Translations under genes and position numbers: made by a program
Notes under the pieces: model-generated
Seen by the model: only the letters and a program-made list of their open reading frames with translations
The model's database searches: none
Told to the model about the DNA's origin: nothing
Shown: one piece after another, positions 9,453 to 19,046 of the stretch
How positions within the stretch are numbered: position 1 is the stretch's first letter
How the letters are laid out: each line of letters opens with the position of its first letter
From: a virus
Taxonomy: Duplodnaviria > Caudoviricetes
DNA length: 64,000 nucleotides
IMG/VR virus record: IMGVR_UViG_3300033121_002193
Span: 1 to 64,000 of that record
Direction: 5' to 3' (one strand)

Positions 9453-10462
9453 TGAATCAAATTAAAAATTTTTCTCAAATATTAATGGAAAGACAACAAA
9501 ATCAAAAACAAAAAGAAACAGAGACAAAAGAATTAACAACCGTTTCTGATAAAAATAAAAATTTAGTCACAAGCTTTAAAACACAAGTATTATCTAAAGA
9601 TTTAAACGAAATACCTGCATTAAATATAGATCTTGTTTTGCACAATGATAGCATTACAAAAGAAACAAAAGAAAAATTATCATTAATAAAAGATGAATTA
9701 ATACATGGATATCACGTTGTATCAAGAAGAAGAACTGATTGTGAAAAAAGAATATCTGTTTTGCAAGAAAACAGATTTACAACTCATGGTGCAAAATTTT
9801 TTCAAGCAAATTTAGAACAACAAGTACATACTCAAAATCTTGTTAATTTAACATTAGAAATTGAAGAAACTAATATTGAATTAGAAAAACTTCTTTTTGA
9901 ATATAAACAATTAGAAAATAAAATAAACAAAATAAAATCAAAACAAGAAAATAATTTTACAGAAACAAATGATGCTTTTGTTATTGATAAAAATACAGAT
10001 GAAATTTTTTTACTAGAAAAAGAATTACAACTTTTATCTATTAAAATAAGAAGAAAACTTGTTCAATTAAAAGAACAAAAAATGAATGCAGAAAATGAAT
10101 CACAAGAATTATTAGAATGGAGCCAAATAAAAACAGAAGAATTTGCTTTAGCAAAAGTATCTGGTGAGGCTTTTGACTCTGAAGATCAAAACTTTGGTCA
10201 ATTTATTCACTTGGCTAAAAGATTTTTTATGAATTACATAGTTGCGCATAGTGGCAATTCAGACGCAACTACAAGTGATATTATTAATATAGATGGACTT
10301 TGCTTAACAGCTTTGAAATTAGGCAGAGAACAGAATTTATTAGGAAAAATGTTTGAAGGATTTTCAAAAGAACAAATTGCTTTTATTTGGAAAGGTATTT
10401 ATAATTCAGAAATAGAATTTTATACAGATGAACAGGGCTTAGAACATTTCAGAGCCAAATAA
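9452..10462 (+). CDS. Coiled-coil phage protein (possible fibre assembly factor)
   Basis: Long E/K/Q/L-rich heptad region; RRRTDCEKRISVL...RFTTHGAKFFQANLEQ motif; translationally coupled to GT gene. Confidence 0.45.
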   Translation: MNQIKNFSQILMERQQNQKQKETETKELTTVSDKNKNLVTSFKTQVLSKDLNEIPALNIDLVLHNDSITKETKEKLSLIKDELIHGYHVVSRRRTDCEKRISVLQENRFTTHGAKFFQANLEQQVHTQNLVNLTLEIEETNIELEKLLFEYKQLENKINKIKSKQENNFTETNDAFVIDKNTDEIFLLEKELQLLSIKIRRKLVQLKEQKMNAENESQELLEWSQIKTEEFALAKVSGEAFDSEDQNFGQFIHLAKRFFMNYIVAHSGNSDATTSDIINIDGLCLTALKLGREQNLLGKMFEGFSKEQIAFIWKGIYNSEIEFYTDEQGLEHFRAK

Positions 10463-10463
10463 A

Positions 10464-12455
10464 TTACCATTTTTCATAGTTTGCATCATTGCTTGTATTT
10501 GTAATTAAATTCATCCTGTTATTATATCCTAATACAAAATCTTCTGATTCTGAAAAATCTTTAGCAATAATATGATTTAAAATCTCAACAGATGTACAAT
10601 TAATAGTTTCTGTTGCATGTTGCGAATGAATAGAAGAACAAGTAATTGTATTACTGCTAATTGATTTTACAACATAAGTTCCATAATTATACTGACTTCC
10701 TGTTGTTCCACTTGGACTTGAAAAAGGAACATACAAAATAGAATTAACAGATATTAACTTTGACAAAGTTGCTGCAGTAATTGTTCCAGTCAAATCAAAA
10801 GTAAAAATAATATTTGGAGCTGTATAAGTAATTGCAGTAGTTGGTAATCCAATAATTCTATTACCCCATAATAATGCAGCAGTTCCACTAGCACCTTGAT
10901 TAATAGCGTTTGGATTTTTAACAGTTACGCTTGAACCGCCAGAAAAATTAACAACAGGGAATGTTCCATTATTTACGCTTGTAGATGAACCCGAAACAAA
11001 AAATAACATACCTTTTGTTATTTCTGTATTTGAAGAAGCTAAAACAATAGTAGCTGTGCCATCTCCATTTGCAGTAATAGATGAAATGTTTCTTGCAGTT
11101 TCTAAATAATATTTAGAAGGATAATGAATAAAACGATTTAAAGCAAAAAATTTACTATAAGGCGTTCTGTGAGAAATGATATCTCCAGACATAATTGAAG
11201 CAGTATAAGAAGAATTGTTTGTGTCAAAAGCAATTCCAATATCAATAGCCCCCATTGCAGAGGTATAATTTAATTTTCTATAAATACTTTGAGTATGAAA
11301 TTCTGTACTATTTAATTTAGTAGTTCCGTTACTTGTACCCGCAGCAATCATTGCTATATTTCTATCACCCCCATTAGCCCCTTTAGCTCGTGCACTTATA
11401 CTTAAATTATTTCCTGTTCCCCAGGTGCTCCCATTGAAAAATTCAGATGTTGTGTAAAAACTAATACCTGAAGCTCCGCCAGACATTATTGAATTCAATG
11501 TAGTTCCAGATAATTGATGTTCTCTACGAGAAATATTTATATTTGGTCCATAATAATAAACATTTCCATTATAAAACACTGTTGTTGATAATCCGGAACC
11601 ACCAAATCTAGAAGAGGTTCCGCCACAAACAAAATTTGAATTACTAGATCCAATGCCTTTATTTCCACCATATAAAAAAGTTAATAATACTGTACTGTTG
11701 TATTTTACCCAAGAATAACCATTGTAATATTCTGCATACGCAACAGAAGAAACCGCACTACCGCTCTCTGCACCTTCCATGTGCCAAGCTGAAAATAAAG
11801 TGCCATTTGCTGCCCCGTAAGCAGTACCAGAAGCAAAAGAAGAATTTGCCCCCAATGTCCAGGTATCACCATTAAAAATCTGCATAAAAGTATAAGCAGT
11901 AGCTTCTCCACCAGCCCATGTATGTCCACCAATTGCCCAAGCAGCAGTTTGAGAACCTCCGCCCATTAAATCATATAATTCGCCAGTTCCAGGAATAACC
12001 GGTGATGTCAATAAAGAATTAGCAGACATTGCCCAGTTAACTCCATTAAAAGTCTCTGTTGAACTTAATGCCGCAGTTGCAGTTTTCCCACCTGCTAACC
12101 AAGCTGAAAATTCAGATCCAGAAGAAGCGCAAGAATCTCGTGCTGTATTAATGGTTGCACTGCCATTTGCCCAAGTTCCTGCACCGTATATTCCAATAAA
12201 ATCGCCCTCTTGCACATCTGTATCTATTTTAATTCCTACGCCAGATTGAGAATAGAAAGGCAACCATCCATTTACACTATTAATGGTTGTACATGACCAA
12301 ATATTACCACTAATATAATCTATGTAAATTGCTCCAAGATTAGGTGATGTTTTCTGACCAATTGGCGAGCCTTCCCCTCTATAAATCATCCCTTGAATTT
12401 GATGAATTCCTGGGGGATTTTTAAAATCTTCTAATCTTACAATTGCTTGACTCAT
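10464..12455 (-). CDS. Kelch-like beta-propeller tail/receptor-binding protein
   Basis: Repeated GG...TE-x-FNG-xx-W blades. Confidence 0.65.
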   Translation of the reverse strand: MSQAIVRLEDFKNPPGIHQIQGMIYRGEGSPIGQKTSPNLGAIYIDYISGNIWSCTTINSVNGWLPFYSQSGVGIKIDTDVQEGDFIGIYGAGTWANGSATINTARDSCASSGSEFSAWLAGGKTATAALSSTETFNGVNWAMSANSLLTSPVIPGTGELYDLMGGGSQTAAWAIGGHTWAGGEATAYTFMQIFNGDTWTLGANSSFASGTAYGAANGTLFSAWHMEGAESGSAVSSVAYAEYYNGYSWVKYNSTVLLTFLYGGNKGIGSSNSNFVCGGTSSRFGGSGLSTTVFYNGNVYYYGPNINISRREHQLSGTTLNSIMSGGASGISFYTTSEFFNGSTWGTGNNLSISARAKGANGGDRNIAMIAAGTSNGTTKLNSTEFHTQSIYRKLNYTSAMGAIDIGIAFDTNNSSYTASIMSGDIISHRTPYSKFFALNRFIHYPSKYYLETARNISSITANGDGTATIVLASSNTEITKGMLFFVSGSSTSVNNGTFPVVNFSGGSSVTVKNPNAINQGASGTAALLWGNRIIGLPTTAITYTAPNIIFTFDLTGTITAATLSKLISVNSILYVPFSSPSGTTGSQYNYGTYVVKSISSNTITCSSIHSQHATETINCTSVEILNHIIAKDFSESEDFVLGYNNRMNLITNTSNDANYEKW

Positions 12456-12460
12456 TTTTT

Positions 12461-14245
12461 TTATTTTCCTGTTCTTGAAAAATAACCAGTAGATTGAAAC
12501 ATTTTATCTAATGTTAATATTCCATTTCCATCGATCGAACCGATAACAATATCATCAGAACCAATGTAATCTACACATAACATAGTTGTAATAAATTTCA
12601 TCGTTCCTGTGCCTGGATTTTGATTTGTTGCGCTTGCATTAGCAACAATAACTGTATTTGAAGAAATAATAATACTTTTAACTACAAAAATACCAATATT
12701 ATTTGAACTTAAAGGGTTTGCGCCACCAGCAGTTATAATAGAAATTGTTCCTGGAACTATTTGCAAAGAAGGACTAGAACCAACAGAATAAGTTCCTAAT
12801 CCACTTCCTGCGCTTACTTGCAATACATTATATCCAGATGATATATCCGCTTCATTGGAACTTATGGTTAATGCATTTTTATTAACAATTAAATATTTAT
12901 TAGCTGGATATTTCACTATTTGTTGATAACTTCTAGAAACTGAACTGTTAGATCCAGTATAAATTGATGGTTTGTTAAAGCTTTTAACGTATTGAGGATA
13001 TAATTTTTTATAAGTAACCGTTTCAGTATAATTCTCTGATGAATTTAATCCAGAAATAGTATTGCCTCGTCCTTGAGATCTTCCACCCATAACCAAACAA
13101 TTAGATACATTTCCTGGAGCTTTTGATTGTGCCGATGCTCTTGCTGTGTTTAAATCTACATGTGTATTCCAAGTAATGCCATTGAAAATCTCTGTTTTGT
13201 TTGATGCAGTATATGGCGCTGTTTGAGCTGCACCTCCAGCTTTTATTGCCATTAAAGATGTTCCGCTTAAAAAAGAACCAACAAATGTATTATTATATGT
13301 TCCTGTTAAAAATTGAGCTGAAATGCCGTTATAAGCATAAGAAATAGGGATGTAACCTACTGGATTCAAATAACCATGAATAATTGAATTATTTGAAGTC
13401 CCAGACGCAGACATGAAAACATCGCCATTATACAATGAAACAAATGGAAATTGAATGCCCTCAGATGCCCACGTAGCACCATTGAATCTTACCATTATTC
13501 TTAATGGATTAAAATCACCACCACAAAGCAAACCAGAATAAGAAGTGCCGGTCATTGCACAACCCGATGCTGTACTAATTCCAACTGGAACACTGCCAGA
13601 ACAATTGACCCAAGATGAGCCATTGTATAGTTCAGTAGATGTTAAAAAAGCAGTTCCAGTGTATCCACCCGCAACTACAGCTCCGTTTGCACTTCCAAAA
13701 ATATTTGCTCCATAACTTTTCTCGATTCCACCGCCATCTATAGTATTATATCTGTTTGAATTCAATGCAGAACCATTTGCCCAAGTTGCGCCATTATAAG
13801 TTTCTGTAAGATTATAGCTAACTCCATCGCCACCACAGTTAACAGCTTGATTTTTAGTTCCACATCCATTGTTGATTTTATACGTATTATTTAAATTTCC
13901 AGAATTAGACCAAGATCCTAATCCAAATGTTCCAATTAAATCACCAACAGAAGGTTTGTAAGAACCTGCAGCTGTTATTGTTAACCCTGTTTCAGCTGCG
14001 CGTCTATGATGTCCAATTTCATCATTGACAGAATTATTACTTAATTCAATCCATGTAGTACCTGGAGTTGGAGACGAAATATTTAAAAAAAATCCGCCTG
14101 TAGCTGTATTAATATACAACGAACCTGTTGGTGCACTAAAAACGGGATCGATAATGCCTGTAGTAAAATATTTAGGGGATACTAAAAATTTACTTGGTGC
14201 AATTTCATCATTAAACACATCTTGAAAAGTTAATTTAGCTGTCAT
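12461..14245 (-). CDS. Kelch-like beta-propeller tail/receptor-binding protein
   Basis: Repeated TE-x-YNG-xx-W blades; shares GDLIGxxG and terminal E..Q/T..YKKL motifs with neighbours. Confidence 0.65.
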   Translation of the reverse strand: MTAKLTFQDVFNDEIAPSKFLVSPKYFTTGIIDPVFSAPTGSLYINTATGGFFLNISSPTPGTTWIELSNNSVNDEIGHHRRAAETGLTITAAGSYKPSVGDLIGTFGLGSWSNSGNLNNTYKINNGCGTKNQAVNCGGDGVSYNLTETYNGATWANGSALNSNRYNTIDGGGIEKSYGANIFGSANGAVVAGGYTGTAFLTSTELYNGSSWVNCSGSVPVGISTASGCAMTGTSYSGLLCGGDFNPLRIMVRFNGATWASEGIQFPFVSLYNGDVFMSASGTSNNSIIHGYLNPVGYIPISYAYNGISAQFLTGTYNNTFVGSFLSGTSLMAIKAGGAAQTAPYTASNKTEIFNGITWNTHVDLNTARASAQSKAPGNVSNCLVMGGRSQGRGNTISGLNSSENYTETVTYKKLYPQYVKSFNKPSIYTGSNSSVSRSYQQIVKYPANKYLIVNKNALTISSNEADISSGYNVLQVSAGSGLGTYSVGSSPSLQIVPGTISIITAGGANPLSSNNIGIFVVKSIIISSNTVIVANASATNQNPGTGTMKFITTMLCVDYIGSDDIVIGSIDGNGILTLDKMFQSTGYFSRTGK

Positions 14246-14248
14246 TAA

Positions 14249-15739
14249 TTAACCCCATCTTTTTACATTATTATAAGTTTTTTGTAAATTATTAAATACA
14301 TGTATTTTTGTATTTACAGAGTCGTATTTTCCGTAAACATAATCTTCTGCGGTTGGTTTGCTTGTTGATATTTGATAATTATTAAAACTACCATTATCTA
14401 AAGATGTAGTTTGAACAACTAAAAAATCATTAGCAGTTCCTATTGGCATATCTTTTAAAAATCCTGAAATTTTAACACTACATCTGTTTGCAGCGGGAAT
14501 ACTGCTATTGTAAAATACGCCAATTCCAGCGGCGCTATTAATGTTTTCTGGAGTTATTTTTTTAAATTCATTTTGAGAAAATTGTTCACATACATTTAAA
14601 GCAGCAATATTACTATTTCCACAAATTATTGAGTTGATAGTTGTTCCTGCCATAGAATGATGTGAGCGCGCGATACTAGAGCTAGTGGCCAATGACCACA
14701 AATGACCATTAAATAATTCTGTAGTTGCTAATAAAGAACCATTGTAACCGCCATTATTTACTGCAGCAGTTCCAGTTCCACTTGCAGAAGCTTTGCTATT
14801 TGTAGAATTTAAATTAGCTCCAATTGAAGGGGTATAACCATTATACAAATAAGTTAAATTATAAAAAGTTCCACCACTATCAACGCCACCGCTTAATAGC
14901 CCGTTGTAGAAACTTCCTGTTGCCGTAGTATAAACTATTTGTTCGCTTAAACCAAAACCTGCTGCCCAAGAATTGCCATTAAAAACAGATGAATTGCCAT
15001 AAGGACCAATTCCATTTTGTCCGTTTTTTAACAAAGCAGAGTTATAACTTCCCAATGCAGCGGCACTCTTTTGTAAAAGAGCAGCATTAACATCAGCTGC
15101 CCAAGAATTGCCATTAAAAACAGATGTACTTGAAATTATGATAGATAAATCGTTTATTCCTGTTGTAAATGCCATAGCAAAAGAAGAGCCAAAACTCGCA
15201 CCTTCTGCTTTTGACATATTTAAATTATTTGCAGAAACAAAAGAAATACCATTAAACAATTCAGTACTTGAAATGGCATTGCCTCCACTATTATAACCAC
15301 CAACAATTGTAAATCCATTATAATTTCCAGCACATCCATGCGCATATCTATTTGTGTTTAATGCACTTCCTGCGCCTAAATTTGTCCAGATACCTGGACC
15401 ACCGTAAACACCAATTAAATCACCGTGGTTTAATGTTGCTGTTATTGAATTATATTTAAAAGTTCCAGGTGAACCAGTTACAGAATAAAAAGCAACATTC
15501 GTCTCATCATATGTTTGATTATGTAAAGTAACATCTTGTTCATCTGTCCATTCAAAATTTGAATTTATACCAAATTCTTTTATTTGAAGAGGAGAGCTGG
15601 AATCTAATCCAAATCCTAATGCAAATTTTGTTGCAACTGTGGCATTATTTAACTCATTTCCTGAATTAATTTTATAGGTTTCTACAAGACTTGCTGGCAA
15701 AAGAGCATCAACAATATCTTCTTGTCTAATAAAAGGCAT
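14249..15739 (-). CDS. Kelch-like beta-propeller tail/receptor-binding protein
   Basis: Repeated TELFNG/SVFNGNSW blades. Confidence 0.65.
   Translation of the reverse strand: MPFIRQEDIVDALLPASLVETYKINSGNELNNATVATKFALGFGLDSSSPLQIKEFGINSNFEWTDEQDVTLHNQTYDETNVAFYSVTGSPGTFKYNSITATLNHGDLIGVYGGPGIWTNLGAGSALNTNRYAHGCAGNYNGFTIVGGYNSGGNAISSTELFNGISFVSANNLNMSKAEGASFGSSFAMAFTTGINDLSIIISSTSVFNGNSWAADVNAALLQKSAAALGSYNSALLKNGQNGIGPYGNSSVFNGNSWAAGFGLSEQIVYTTATGSFYNGLLSGGVDSGGTFYNLTYLYNGYTPSIGANLNSTNSKASASGTGTAAVNNGGYNGSLLATTELFNGHLWSLATSSSIARSHHSMAGTTINSIICGNSNIAALNVCEQFSQNEFKKITPENINSAAGIGVFYNSSIPAANRCSVKISGFLKDMPIGTANDFLVVQTTSLDNGSFNNYQISTSKPTAEDYVYGKYDSVNTKIHVFNNLQKTYNNVKRWG
14961..15126. repeat. Identical 31-bp direct repeat, 135 bp apart, in adjacent Kelch blades
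   Basis: GCTGCCCAAGAATTGCCATTAAAAACAGATG at 14961-14991 and 15096-15126. Confidence 0.9.
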
Positions 15740-18513
15740 TATCTACCCCATGTGTAAACAAATGCACCTAAAGGTGGCACTTGATAAGTCTTAATTCCAT
15801 TAAATCCTACCCAATAATAATCATATGGATTTGTATAACTTGTGTTTCCCACTGAATTCATTATAGGAAACTGAGCAACACCATCAATTGCAACAAATGC
15901 ACCATTTGGATTTTTAATATCTTGATGATATGTAAAAAATTCACGAGTTCCATTTGGTACAGGTAAACATTCCATTTGATCCCCAAATAAATTATCATTA
16001 CTAGTTGTATAAAAAAATGTAATAATAGAACCAATTGATGGATTAAATGTAAAAGTTACATTAACGCCAACAATAGAAAAATCTGTACCATATCTTCTTA
16101 ATAAACCGTTAATAAAAACTGCAACTCCTTTTACATTTCCTGGAGCAACTGACAGCGTATAGTTAGGAGTTAACGCAACAACTGTTACATTTTGTTGTAC
16201 ATAAGAATAAGGAATCGTTTTACCTACAGGCATTTGTGCAACTATTTCAGATCCAACTAAAGGAGCTGTTTTGAAAGTCACTGTATTTCCAACAATAGAA
16301 TAGTCTATAGTAGGATCTTGAATCTGAAATAGACCATTTTTAAATAAACAAAATCCACCAGCAGAATAAGGAGTTGAATTAAATGTAAATATTTTGTTTA
16401 TTCCATTAATAGCACCACTTGCGGGCAATTCTTGACGCCAACTGTGAAAATTAGCAGCACCAATTGTACCAATAGAAGCTGAATTAAATCCTGTGCTATT
16501 ATTTGTGCCATCTGCTATTAAATGAGAAAAACCATCTAAACCAACCCAAACATCGGCAGTGGATAATCTTCTTGCAAAAACATAAGTGTTTTCAGTCAAA
16601 GGAAGCGCTGCAAAAGTGGATGTACTTGCAGTTAATACAGAGTTATTATTTCTGTCAATGGTAACATAAGCACAACCATTAACAGGAACCGTTATATTTC
16701 CAGCAAGCATAGTATTCAAAGTACCTGCGCCAGGTCCATTGATAACAAAAGTAGCCGTACTATCCCAAGAAATATTACCAGCAGCGTTAGCAACAGTTCC
16801 ACCACCTAATAATGTTATATTTTTATTTTGCGCCTGATCTGCGGCAGCAGTACTAATTAAAGAAACACGTGTTGTTAAATTATCCCCTAATGCACCTGGG
16901 TAATTAGTCTGAGATGGGGCAGTAACGCCTCCTGTAATTGTAGACGAATAAGTGGGAGATGAAGTTGCTTCTAATGGAGACCCTATATAATTTAAGATAT
17001 TTACAGTAGTGTTATCTGATATATATCTTATTTCACCAGGCTCCATTTCACCCATGTGTTTGATATATATCAAATTTCCTTGTCTTAATGCTAACCAGTA
17101 AACATTTTCTAAATTTGTCAAACCTAATACAGATATTTTATTTGCAACAGTAACATCTGTTAGTGCGCTATAAAATGTTTTATTATACAGAATAGATTGT
17201 GCGCCATTACTTCCTGTATATGCTGCATCTAATACTAAATAAGTAGCATTTGCTGCAGTTGATATTGCGCCTAAAGCATCATAAAACTCTTCTATTTGTC
17301 TAAAGTATCTATTGTCATCGTTTTGAGAGCGAACAAAATCACCTTTGCCTGCACCAGCTGAATTTGCAACAAGAGGTGAAAATTGACCGACTGCGGTAAC
17401 TTGGAAAATTCTAGCTAAATTTCCACCAGCAGCGGCTAAAACAGCAGGTGGAACAGCTCCCGGTTGAATAATAACATTTCCAGCAATAACTTTATATCTT
17501 AAAATAGAAATATATAATACTTGTCCGTCTGTTAAGGTTTTTGTAAATTGTTCTATTCTAAAATATGAATCAGTAACAATATTTCTTATATAAATATCAG
17601 AAGTAACCGATAATTGCCCAACAGTTACAAAATCATGAGTAAAATAGCCTGTTCCAGTTAATTCAGATAGATTTGCGTCATCATTAACAGATAAAAGAGA
17701 TAAACCACTTGCTCCGCCACCGCCACCAACACTAAACCAATATGGAGTACCTTTAATCTCTTTGATGGATGTCATTACGGCATCCATCCATTCTTTCATT
17801 GTGTTAATTTGTTTATCGGCTCCAGCGAAAGGATTTTGCAAAGGATTTGTTGATATAATTGGTGGTTCTGTTCTACCGCTTACCCATCCATAAGAATATA
17901 AAGGATTAGGAACAGCTCCACCCGTGCCTAATCTAAAAATCAAATTTCTAGAATCTACTATGCTTGTGGGTATATTTCCTGCATTTGTCGTGACAGTAGC
18001 AATTGGCAAATTATCAGAAAAACCAGTTGTACTTATATTAATTCTATAATCAAGAATAGTTGCGGTTGGAATTAACTTCGGTCGTTCTGTTGAAGAGTTT
18101 ACATCCCATAGAACAATAGTGTCAACACTATTGGGATCTGCCGTTCTCACTAAACTTAAAGAAATATAATTAGTTGCTCCAGCTACAAATGAACCTTTTA
18201 CTTTAGAATTTGTTGCAGAAAGCGAATCGCCAGCATTACCATTAACAATTAATAAAGTTCCTGATTCTGTGCCTTTTACATGTAAAATTCCACTATCGAT
18301 AGTGTTAATAGTTAAATTATCAGCTGTTTGAGTAAAAGAATTTCCAAGAATATTTAAGAAAAACCCTCTAATTACATACGGATTAGAAGAGCCAGCAAAA
18401 AACCCTCTTAATAAATCATCAAAATCTGAACACATGCCAGATTCAATGGCTTTCATAACAGGAACGGTTAACCGTTGTTGAGATAAGAAACGATTTTGTC
18501 TTTTGATTGCCAT
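15739..18513 (-). CDS. Baseplate-attached tail fibre / structural protein
   Basis: 924 aa, beta-rich; C-terminal repeats GxNxxFT...NG.....DYSIxGxxVTFxxAP; follows baseplate genes. Confidence 0.6.
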   Translation of the reverse strand: MAIKRQNRFLSQQRLTVPVMKAIESGMCSDFDDLLRGFFAGSSNPYVIRGFFLNILGNSFTQTADNLTINTIDSGILHVKGTESGTLLIVNGNAGDSLSATNSKVKGSFVAGATNYISLSLVRTADPNSVDTIVLWDVNSSTERPKLIPTATILDYRINISTTGFSDNLPIATVTTNAGNIPTSIVDSRNLIFRLGTGGAVPNPLYSYGWVSGRTEPPIISTNPLQNPFAGADKQINTMKEWMDAVMTSIKEIKGTPYWFSVGGGGGASGLSLLSVNDDANLSELTGTGYFTHDFVTVGQLSVTSDIYIRNIVTDSYFRIEQFTKTLTDGQVLYISILRYKVIAGNVIIQPGAVPPAVLAAAGGNLARIFQVTAVGQFSPLVANSAGAGKGDFVRSQNDDNRYFRQIEEFYDALGAISTAANATYLVLDAAYTGSNGAQSILYNKTFYSALTDVTVANKISVLGLTNLENVYWLALRQGNLIYIKHMGEMEPGEIRYISDNTTVNILNYIGSPLEATSSPTYSSTITGGVTAPSQTNYPGALGDNLTTRVSLISTAAADQAQNKNITLLGGGTVANAAGNISWDSTATFVINGPGAGTLNTMLAGNITVPVNGCAYVTIDRNNNSVLTASTSTFAALPLTENTYVFARRLSTADVWVGLDGFSHLIADGTNNSTGFNSASIGTIGAANFHSWRQELPASGAINGINKIFTFNSTPYSAGGFCLFKNGLFQIQDPTIDYSIVGNTVTFKTAPLVGSEIVAQMPVGKTIPYSYVQQNVTVVALTPNYTLSVAPGNVKGVAVFINGLLRRYGTDFSIVGVNVTFTFNPSIGSIITFFYTTSNDNLFGDQMECLPVPNGTREFFTYHQDIKNPNGAFVAIDGVAQFPIMNSVGNTSYTNPYDYYWVGFNGIKTYQVPPLGAFVYTWGR

Positions 18514-18552
18514 GTAATTCGTTCTCTAATGTTGTAAATTAAACAATTATAT

Positions 18553-18560
18553 AGATTAAG
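18553..18560 (-). promoter_or_regulatory. Putative late-promoter motif CTTAATCT
   Basis: Intergenic, upstream of 18513 start. Confidence 0.65.
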
Positions 18561-18561
18561 T

Positions 18562-19044
18562 TTATTTTCTTACCAGAGAAATAGAACTACCTGAATAATT
18601 AACATCTATTAAATTACTTCCATTTAATGCAGTAAAGCCAATACCACTTAAATTGAAATTTAATATTCCTTTGCTTGCGGAATTATATTGCACTGATTCT
18701 ATCATTGCAGATTGTATATTTAATACGGGTTCGTTTGTTATTCTATCTAAAACCGCAATAGAAATATATGGCAACACATAATTTAATCCAGGATTGGCAA
18801 TTAATCTTAAATCTTCAAAATATTGTTTTATTATTTTGATTCCTGTAAAAGAAAATTTTATGCTATAAGAACCTGGGGCTAATTCTCTAGGTACAATTCT
18901 ATCAATTTCGTATATAGCTCTAACACCAAAATCAATAGTCCAAACTGCATTATTAACAAAACCACAAACAGAATTGTTTAATATTATTTTTAAATTTGCT
19001 GCTGTAACTGACTTTGGACCACCAAAAACAGAACCGTTTGCCAT
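18562..19044 (-). CDS. Tail tube-like protein (paralog of 38090-38578)
   Basis: Alignable to tube protein: G-V/F..vs..v..G..AI..l.R...E/Q-I/L...Y. Confidence 0.55.
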   Translation of the reverse strand: MANGSVFGGPKSVTAANLKIILNNSVCGFVNNAVWTIDFGVRAIYEIDRIVPRELAPGSYSIKFSFTGIKIIKQYFEDLRLIANPGLNYVLPYISIAVLDRITNEPVLNIQSAMIESVQYNSASKGILNFNLSGIGFTALNGSNLIDVNYSGSSISLVRK

Positions 19045-19046
19045 TT

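Noticed and set aside
8376-10463. Invertible segment controlled by the serine recombinase
   Set aside because: No flanking inverted repeats found at the boundaries
10464-18513. Diversity-generating retroelement acting on fibres
   Set aside because: No reverse transcriptase and no adenine-specific TR/VR pair; the only repeat found is exact and intragenic
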